A DNA stretch of 64,000 nt from a virus (taxonomy: Duplodnaviria > Caudoviricetes): IMG/VR virus record IMGVR_UViG_3300025389_001063. One strand, written 5' to 3'. The number at the start of each line of letters is the position of its first letter. Position 1 is the first letter of the stretch. This document shows, piece after piece, positions 58,476-64,000 of this stretch. The notes below the pieces were generated by a model, which ran no database searches, was not told the DNA's origin, and saw nothing but the letters and a program-made list of their open reading frames with translations. Position numbers and translations under genes: made by a program.

Positions 58476-59249
58476 ATGACCGTTTGGGTGTTTGGCGATA
58501 GCTTTGCTACGCTTATTGATAAATCTGAAAATCAAAAACAATATATGGAAATCATTGCTGATCATTATAATACAGATTTGAAAACTTTTGGAATTTGTGG
58601 AACTAATTTAGAATATACTTACAACGAATTCCACAGAGAACGTGATAATATACAAAATGGCGATATACTGATTATAACAACTACTGTGATAGCAAGAAGA
58701 TGGTTCTTTGAATGTAACCCTGATCTTGCTGCTGACGATCTTGGAAGAGAGTATAGCGAAACTCAAAGTATTAAACGATATAGAGCATTCTTGGATACTA
58801 ACTATGTTCCACATAGAATTAACTTCTTTAATTTCCTCTATACAGTTAATGAACTTAGTGAAAAATTGAATCTTAAAACTATGGTGCTATGCGTTTGTAT
58901 AGATACTGAAGAAATATTAGAAAACTTTAAAAATAAAATACCAAAGGTACATATAGCAAAAGGACTGTTGAACGACGATCTATACTTAAAAGAAATGACT
59001 GACGAATTTAAAAACTACTACGAAAGTCTTGCTTATGATAAACGTGGAGACCCAAGACCTAATCATATGATTAAATCAAATCATATTATATTAGCAGATA
59101 AAATTATAAATCATATCAATCAAGGTACTGATATTGATCTAACACAAGGATTTGTCGAAAAATATATAGGATTTAAAGATGAACAAGATTATACCGATGA
59201 ATTCTTTGGTTTTGCTTGGGATACTTTTGTAGATAGATCTAGTAAATAA
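58476..59249 (+). CDS. SGNH-hydrolase-like paralogue 7
   Basis: WVFGDSF; GICGTN; RRWFFEC; DPRPNHMIKSNH; start Met 58476. Confidence 0.7.
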   Translation: MTVWVFGDSFATLIDKSENQKQYMEIIADHYNTDLKTFGICGTNLEYTYNEFHRERDNIQNGDILIITTTVIARRWFFECNPDLAADDLGREYSETQSIKRYRAFLDTNYVPHRINFFNFLYTVNELSEKLNLKTMVLCVCIDTEEILENFKNKIPKVHIAKGLLNDDLYLKEMTDEFKNYYESLAYDKRGDPRPNHMIKSNHIILADKIINHINQGTDIDLTQGFVEKYIGFKDEQDYTDEFFGFAWDTFVDRSSK

Positions 59250-59253
59250 TAAC

Positions 59254-60048
59254 ATGACTATATGGGCGTTTGGCGATAGCTTTATCGGCGATTTTAAAAA
59301 TTTAAATTATAAATCAGAACAAAAGAAACGAGGTATTAAACCTTGGATTAGAGCAATTGGAGAACAACTAAATCAATCAGTTGTTAATCATGGATGCCCA
59401 GGTTCGAGCCCAGATTATACATATCATATGTTTAGACAAGAACGCGATAATATACAAGATAATGACATTTTGATAGTGGGTATAAGTAATTTGTTTAGAA
59501 GATGGTTTATTAAAGATAAACCGAATAATACTATGCTTAATAATAAAAAATCAATATCAGAACAACATACAAGCGCAGAGTTTATGAAGGCTGTAAAATA
59601 CTACTTGATACATCTAAATCATGAGGAATTATACGAAACTTACTGTATAGACTTCTTATACAATCTTGATCACTTAACTAAAGAAAAAAACTTACATACT
59701 ATACTGCTACCACTTATGTACTACGAATACGAATGGTTGAATACAGATTATAGACATAAATTTAATAACTTTCACTGGCCCAATATGCCCTTAACTAATG
59801 TACATAGTAATGAATATGAAAAATGGTACTTTGAACGTATACATGATATAATTGGTATGGATGGAAAATACAATCATTTGACTTGGACTAATCATGCTAT
59901 ACTAACTAACAAAATAGTGAATAATATATCTTATAAGATTCCTCTAGACTTTAAAACAGAGTTTGTTGAAGGTATTATTACTCATAAAACAATACAGAGC
60001 CCAAAATTTATAGAACGTGAATTTGCTGCTGCACCAGATTTTGGGTGA
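59254..60048 (+). CDS. SGNH-hydrolase-like paralogue 8 (most divergent)
   Basis: WAFGDSF; GCPGSS; RRWFIKD; DGKYNHLTWTNH; TAAATA 5 nt upstream. Confidence 0.7.
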   Translation: MTIWAFGDSFIGDFKNLNYKSEQKKRGIKPWIRAIGEQLNQSVVNHGCPGSSPDYTYHMFRQERDNIQDNDILIVGISNLFRRWFIKDKPNNTMLNNKKSISEQHTSAEFMKAVKYYLIHLNHEELYETYCIDFLYNLDHLTKEKNLHTILLPLMYYEYEWLNTDYRHKFNNFHWPNMPLTNVHSNEYEKWYFERIHDIIGMDGKYNHLTWTNHAILTNKIVNNISYKIPLDFKTEFVEGIITHKTIQSPKFIEREFAAAPDFG

Positions 60049-60281
60049 CCATGAAAGCATATACTAGACCCTTTTCCCACTATATCTATACAGTGGAGAT
60101 GAATAAAAACATTATTATTCCACAACAAATACGTGATTGGTTGACAACTAAAGATCAGCCCTTTGACGAATCACACGTTGCTTATGCTAGTAATAATAAT
60201 TACGTGATTGCTTTTGAATACGCAGATGATGCTTATTACTTTATTGCTTATATGGAACATCTAGAAGTAGACTACTTATAA
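60045..60281 (+). CDS. Small hypothetical protein
   Basis: 78-aa ORF coupled to paralogue 8. Confidence 0.5.
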   Translation: MTMKAYTRPFSHYIYTVEMNKNIIIPQQIRDWLTTKDQPFDESHVAYASNNNYVIAFEYADDAYYFIAYMEHLEVDYL

Positions 60282-60446
60282 CTGTAGGGGACCCGACCTA
60301 TAGACACAGGAAAAAAATTGGTCGCGCATTTTTTTAAATATACGGAAAGTTTATCGGCCGGGTGGTGATTTTTACCCACTAGGCTTGTTTGTATGTAAAC
60401 AATAGACTTGCTTACTAAGCCGGCCACCCCACTCTGTTCATACCGG

Positions 60447-61088
60447 TCACCACTCGAGTGGATTGCCTTTCCAATCGAAGAACCGTCCACTAAAGTCTTC
60501 AGGGAGATTCTCTAAAGTTCTCAAAACTTCTTCTGCTGACCTTGTGGGTTCTAGTGTAGCGAATTGACCTCCCATATCTGTCTTGACCCAACCTGGATCG
60601 ATTGCATAGACAAATATTCGTTTGGGTTTAAGATCAACTGCTAAACATTGTACCAGTTTATGTACAGCAGCCTTGCTCATTCTATATCCTAGACTGTATG
60701 TGGGATCGATATGATGTTCACCATAGCGGCCATATACAGTAACGCCACCTGTTAGTACAGAGCTACCCATCTCTGAACTAATAACAGCAATACGACTCTC
60801 GGGTTCTAGATGTGGGACTGCTGACTGTACCGTTCTCAGTGCGCCCACAGCATTGACATTGATTACATCTAGTATAGTATCTGGGTTTGAGTATAGAGTA
60901 TTCTCGCCATCTTTTACAGCAGCATTAACAATCAGCCGTTGGAATCTATCTGCGTCGCCAAATCTATATGATTGTCTCACGTCCCATTCTCTGCGGGTCA
61001 TAGCACAAACTTCGTGTCCTGTGAGTCTACATTGATCAGTTAGTGCTCTACCTAGTCCTCTATTAGTACCTGTTATAAGATATCTCAT
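60447..61088 (-). CDS. Classical short-chain dehydrogenase/reductase (CsgA/C-factor-like)
   Basis: TGTNRGLG, NAAV, ISSEMGS, YRMSK, DPGWVKTDMGG. Confidence 0.9.
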   Translation of the reverse strand: MRYLITGTNRGLGRALTDQCRLTGHEVCAMTRREWDVRQSYRFGDADRFQRLIVNAAVKDGENTLYSNPDTILDVINVNAVGALRTVQSAVPHLEPESRIAVISSEMGSSVLTGGVTVYGRYGEHHIDPTYSLGYRMSKAAVHKLVQCLAVDLKPKRIFVYAIDPGWVKTDMGGQFATLEPTRSAEEVLRTLENLPEDFSGRFFDWKGNPLEW

Positions 61089-61192
61089 TCACATTCTTCC
61101 TCGTAGTGACATTCTTGATTAGCCCAATTATCCCGATCTGGGATAACTGTAGTAGCAGTTATGATTGTGAGCATGGCTAGAAAGAATTTCAT
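61085..61192 (-). CDS. 35-aa peptide with signal-like hydrophobic N-terminus
   Basis: MKFFLAMLTIITATTVIPDRDNWANQECHYEEECE; ATGA overlap with upstream gene. Confidence 0.5.
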   Translation of the reverse strand: MKFFLAMLTIITATTVIPDRDNWANQECHYEEECE

Positions 61193-61473
61193 TTGGCAAG
61201 TACATTTATCGCATGTAGTGCGCCAAAGAGGAAGAATATGAATAGCATCAAGGACAGTATAATTCCGGCCACCAATTCCCAGTAAGCAATAGCCAGTAAC
61301 AGCGCCAGCAGCCCCATAACGAGAGCAGCAAAGTAGAATGCGCCTATGGGCCATATATAGAGTAGACAAGTGAATACCACAAACACTATAAAGGCTGGTA
61401 TAACTGTATCAGTCTCTCTAAGTATATAAGTAAAGGCAGCGCCACCTATTATTGATAAGATAAAGAAAGGCAT
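61189..61473 (-). CDS. Small multi-pass membrane protein
   Basis: Almost wholly hydrophobic 94 aa; GAGGAG SD. Confidence 0.6.
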   Translation of the reverse strand: MPFFILSIIGGAAFTYILRETDTVIPAFIVFVVFTCLLYIWPIGAFYFAALVMGLLALLLAIAYWELVAGIILSLMLFIFFLFGALHAINVLAK

Positions 61474-61474
61474 A

Positions 61475-61609
61475 TTACCTCTCCTCTATTGCTATAATGT
61501 GTCGTGGGTCGATACCCCATGCATCAAATGCTAAAGCAGCCTGTGTCCATGTGCGAGCTATGCAGTTAACTGCCTCGCCATTATCCAGTATGAATTTAAA
61601 CCAGGTCAT
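61475..61609 (-). CDS. Small hypothetical protein (44 aa), absent from ORF track
   Basis: MTWFKFILDNGEAVNCIARTWTQAALAFDAWGIDPRHIIAIEER; fills gap between neighbours exactly; GGGAG upstream. Confidence 0.55.
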   Translation of the reverse strand: MTWFKFILDNGEAVNCIARTWTQAALAFDAWGIDPRHIIAIEER

Positions 61610-61610
61610 A

Positions 61611-61823
61611 TCAGTAGCTCCCTACTAGTTTGCCATCTTGATTGATATACACATAGACTCTACCGTATCCGATAGAGTTATCTATGTCTTCATATGCTAT
61701 TTTAAATATAGCATGACCGCGTTCGTTTACACCTTGGAACTCGACTTGTAGGAATTCATCTACATAGCCATTCTCGGCTAATGCTTCTAGTACTTCTTGT
61801 CGAGTCCATTTTGAGAGATCCAC
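61611..61823 (-). CDS. Small acidic early protein (paralogue A)
   Basis: MDLSKWTRQEVLEALAENGY...GRVYV..NQDG.LVG.Y. Confidence 0.65.
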   Translation of the reverse strand: MDLSKWTRQEVLEALAENGYVDEFLQVEFQGVNERGHAIFKIAYEDIDNSIGYGRVYVYINQDGKLVGSY

Positions 61824-62041
61824 TAGAAGTCTCCTACCAGTATGCCATCTTTGTTAAAGCCCACGAACACTCTACCTGTGTCAACACCATACTCGGCATC
61901 GTCGTTGTAGAATGTGATATCGAACATACCTTGTCCGCTTGCATTAACGCCCGCGAACTTTGCTTCAACTATCTCGCTCTCGTAGCCATTTGCTTCGAGA
62001 GATGCCTCTACCTCTTTGTGAGTCCAATTAGCAAGATTCAT
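61823..62041 (-). CDS. Small acidic early protein (paralogue B)
   Basis: MNLANWTHKEVEASLEANGY...GRVFV..NKDG.LVG.F. Confidence 0.65.
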   Translation of the reverse strand: MNLANWTHKEVEASLEANGYESEIVEAKFAGVNASGQGMFDITFYNDDAEYGVDTGRVFVGFNKDGILVGDF

Positions 62042-62052
62042 TTGCTTTCTCC

Positions 62053-62394
62053 TCAGTCCAGTCTCGAGCCAGCGTAGGCAGTGAAGCCATAGCGTTTGAA
62101 TACTTCAGCGGCAGCTCTTGCGCCTTCCTCTAGTGTGTCGATATTCTGACAGGGGAACTTAGCAGGGTTCCAAATTTGATATGAGCCAGTATAGCTCTTG
62201 CGGAAGCCCGCAGCCTTCATAGCCTTACCTAGTTTAGTATTACCCTTGATGCCGTAGATGTCGACCCAAGCAAAGCCGCAAGCATATTGATCCACACCGC
62301 CCAGCTTCTCCATAAAGAATTTGTGAGCAGCATCTTGAGCAATGGCTTGAGCTTCTTGGAGGATGTCTTGGAGTTCAGCAACGGAATAGTTCAT
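62053..62394 (-). CDS. Early hypothetical protein
   Basis: CGFAWV and Y..SRLD motifs; behind promoter cassette A. Confidence 0.7.
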   Translation of the reverse strand: MNYSVAELQDILQEAQAIAQDAAHKFFMEKLGGVDQYACGFAWVDIYGIKGNTKLGKAMKAAGFRKSYTGSYQIWNPAKFPCQNIDTLEEGARAAAEVFKRYGFTAYAGSRLD

Positions 62395-62450
62395 ATCATG
62401 CTCCTTAGTGTCTATGAGTTTATAATAGCACCTAGTCCGTATTCGTCAAC
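62395..62450 (-). promoter_or_regulatory. Early promoter/RBS cassette A
   Basis: GTTGACG-N16(..AGGTGC)-TATTAT-AAACTCATA...AAGGAG-ATG. Confidence 0.8.
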
Positions 62451-62451
62451 C

Positions 62452-62607
62452 TCACAGTCCGCAAGCGTCGTAGAAGCGCTGACGATTGAACTTTGGGTTT
62501 GCTTGTTTAGCAATGATAGCGAATGCTTCAGCAGCATCTAGAGCGCTCTTACGATCTTCCATCTTAGCGATTACTTCTGCCATTGCTTTGAAGTGCTTGC
62601 GGGACAT
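62452..62607 (-). CDS. Small early protein (51 aa), absent from ORF track
   Basis: MSRKHFKAMAEVIAKMEDRKSALDAAEAFAIIAKQANPKFNRQRFYDACGL. Confidence 0.7.
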   Translation of the reverse strand: MSRKHFKAMAEVIAKMEDRKSALDAAEAFAIIAKQANPKFNRQRFYDACGL

Positions 62608-62661
62608 ATCATGCTCCTTTGTTTATGAGTTTATAATAGCACCTTAAGCGAGTACGTCAAC
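62608..62661 (-). promoter_or_regulatory. Early promoter/RBS cassette B
   Basis: GTTGACG-N16-TATTAT-AAACTCATAAACAAAGGAG. Confidence 0.8.
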
Positions 62662-62940
62662 CCCGGGCCAAATCTCAACCCACCAGTGGCTTTGGCTTGC
62701 TAGGCTAGCACCACCTCGGAATGAAGTCCACTTCTCACCGTAGTCCTTGAGGTGATAGTTCATTCCTGCTTCGTTGAGTCGTTTACATACAGCAATTTTG
62801 TATGTCTCAGCATCTGTGCCGTGTCTATAGTAGAAGCCTCTGCGGATGACAATGCTTCCATCTCTGCGTTTACTAACAGTGTCGGCTAGGGCGGCGAGTG
62901 TGTTCGAAACTTGGGCTTGGAAGGACTTTGGCTTTGCCAT
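62644..62940 (-). CDS. Early hypothetical protein
   Basis: 98 aa; ends GVDVLA inside cassette B. Confidence 0.7.
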   Translation of the reverse strand: MAKPKSFQAQVSNTLAALADTVSKRRDGSIVIRRGFYYRHGTDAETYKIAVCKRLNEAGMNYHLKDYGEKWTSFRGGASLASQSHWWVEIWPGVDVLA

Positions 62941-62994
62941 ATTGTGCTCCTCTGTTTATGAGTTTATAATAGCACCTCTGCGGGTGCTGTCAAC
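62941..62994 (-). promoter_or_regulatory. Early promoter/RBS cassette C
   Basis: GTTGACA-N16-TATTAT-AAACTCATAAACAGAGGAG. Confidence 0.8.
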
Positions 62995-63133
62995 TATGTC
63001 GTTTCACTTCGTGCCCGCACTCTGAGCAATGAAGCACACCGTCCCAATCGTCGTGTATAGATGTTTCCTCATAGTGACCCTTGCCGCACTTCTCGCAGAC
63101 CTGTCCCATATGATCGGTCGTTTCCTTGCCCAT
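62990..63133 (-). CDS. Zinc-ribbon microprotein (47 aa), absent from ORF track
   Basis: MGKETTDHMGQVCEKCGKGHYEETSIHDDWDGVLHCSECGHEVKRHS; two CxxC; stop TGA lies in TTGACA. Confidence 0.7.
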   Translation of the reverse strand: MGKETTDHMGQVCEKCGKGHYEETSIHDDWDGVLHCSECGHEVKRHS

Positions 63134-63187
63134 AGTGTGCTCCTCTGTTTATGAGTTTATAATAGCACCTTATGCCTCTTCGTCAAC
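63134..63187 (-). promoter_or_regulatory. Early promoter/RBS cassette D
   Basis: GTTGACG-N16-TATTAT-AAACTCATAAACAGAGGAG. Confidence 0.8.
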
Positions 63188-63391
63188 CGTATCCTCGAGG
63201 GCTTCGACGTTATATATAAAGTCCTGACAGTATGTCAACATACGCTGGAAAGCATATTGTTCTTCTTTGCTAAGTTCTGCGAGGAACTGCTCCATAGTCT
63301 TGCCATCGTCTACGGCTTCCCCTACGATGTCTAAGCAATCACGGAAGTCCATCATAGTGTTCTGAAAGCGGCAGTAAGACATGTTAGCCAT
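63170..63391 (-). CDS. Early hypothetical protein
   Basis: MANMSYCRFQNT..DF.DC motif; ends VDEEA inside cassette D. Confidence 0.7.
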   Translation of the reverse strand: MANMSYCRFQNTMMDFRDCLDIVGEAVDDGKTMEQFLAELSKEEQYAFQRMLTYCQDFIYNVEALEDTVDEEA

Positions 63392-63445
63392 TTGACTCTC
63401 CTTTGCTTATGCTGTTACTTTAACAGACTTTGCCACATTGTCAAC
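63392..63445 (-). promoter_or_regulatory. Early promoter/RBS cassette E (divergent copy)
   Basis: GTTGACA-N16-TAAAGT-AACAGCATAAGCAAAGGAG. Confidence 0.65.
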
Positions 63446-63640
63446 CACTTCACCTTTGATGTCAAATGAGAACTTACAAGCCTGGTCTAATGACATGCGA
63501 GTGATATAGAGATTGTCGGGATCTCCATCAGTCTCTAGATAGCGGATACGAGCACGACGGGCACGATCAAGAGTAGTATATAAACCCATCAACTCGTCAA
63601 AGTGCCCCCATCGATACCACACTCCGTATACATTTGACAT
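63407..63640 (-). CDS. Early hypothetical protein
   Basis: 77 aa; C-terminus reads through cassette E. Confidence 0.65.
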   Translation of the reverse strand: MSNVYGVWYRWGHFDELMGLYTTLDRARRARIRYLETDGDPDNLYITRMSLDQACKFSFDIKGEVVDNVAKSVKVTA

Positions 63641-63694
63641 AGTAGCCTCCTTTGTTTATGAGTTTACTATAGCACCTCTGCGGGCGTTGTCAAT
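63641..63694 (-). promoter_or_regulatory. Early promoter/RBS cassette F
   Basis: TTGACA-N16-TATAGT-AAACTCATAAACAAAGGAGG. Confidence 0.8.
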
Positions 63695-63881
63695 AGGACC
63701 CAATACCTCTGCGGACTTTGCGTTTAGGAGCAGCAGGTTTACGCTTGCTGATGTTTACATTCAGGAACTCTACAAGCAGGGCATCCATCATAGCATCACG
63801 CTGGGCGGGATCGTTGGTCTTGAGAACCTGGGTGAATCGGGGTGCAGCACTATCTAAGAACCTATCCATTGCCTTTGACAT
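63690..63881 (-). CDS. Early hypothetical protein with basic tail
   Basis: 63 aa; stop TGA lies in TTGACA of cassette F. Confidence 0.65.
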   Translation of the reverse strand: MSKAMDRFLDSAAPRFTQVLKTNDPAQRDAMMDALLVEFLNVNISKRKPAAPKRKVRRGIGSY

Positions 63882-63934
63882 CGTATGCTCCTTTGTTATG
63901 CTCTTACTTTAGCACCTTTGCGGAGTATGTCAAC
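63882..63934 (-). promoter_or_regulatory. Early promoter/RBS cassette G
   Basis: GTTGACA-N16-TAAAGT-AAGAGCATAACAAAGGAG. Confidence 0.75.
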
Positions 63935-64000
63935 CAAGCCCTGTTGTAGTGTTGACAATTCCTCATTGTCAACATATATGTCAGTTCGGGGATCCCAATA
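63896..64000 (-). CDS. C-terminal end of an early protein (partial)
   Basis: YWDPRTDIYVDNEELSTLQQGLVDILRKGAKVRA* reads through cassette G. Confidence 0.55.
   Translation of the reverse strand, partial: YWDPRTDIYVDNEELSTLQQGLVDILRKGAKVRA

Noticed and set aside
60272-60490. 72-aa minus-strand ORF across the boundary region
   Set aside because: Overlaps both flanking genes, has no SD and spans the A7/T7 element; likely non-coding
61193-61369. Upstream extension of ORF 61085-61369
   Set aside because: Lies in another frame of the membrane-protein gene; an ATGA-coupled start at 61192 is more parsimonious
62395-63934. CRISPR array
   Set aside because: Intervening segments are about 140-300 nt, variable in length and fully protein-coding; the repeats are promoter+SD; no cas genes

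Overview
This window is a 64-kb piece of a large, AT-rich, T4-superfamily-like myophage genome. No CRISPR array, tRNA, integrase or reverse transcriptase was seen. (1) 1-33 kb is a virion module: neck/tail-completion genes interrupted by a GIY-YIG endonuclease, two GT2-TPR glycosyltransferases, three mosaic Mtd_N-headed fibres with accessory proteins, dNMP kinase, tail sheath and tube, head completion nuclease and terminase. (2) 33-52 kb is a recombination/replication module (gp32, UvsX, UvsY, UvsW, clamp-loader subunit, primase, helicase). It is interleaved with a glycan/lipid-tailoring island (GT8-like, three KpsC/KpsS-like domains, desaturase, cupin, GT25, carbamoyltransferase) and a 190-aa protein that looks like a stripped-down DnaE catalytic core. 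(3) 52-60 kb is an array of eight paralogous SGNH-hydrolase-like genes. (4) After about 60.3 kb is a GC-richer, minus-strand early region in which seven small genes each sit behind a copy of a ~55-bp promoter+RBS cassette that overlaps the 3' end of the upstream gene. The strongest leads are the mini-DnaE, the SGNH array with the glycan-tailoring pathway, the promoter-cassette array, a homing endonuclease that appears to have taken the start codon of the gp15-like gene, and pervasive apparently leaderless genes. All product calls come from motif recognition only; no database search was run.
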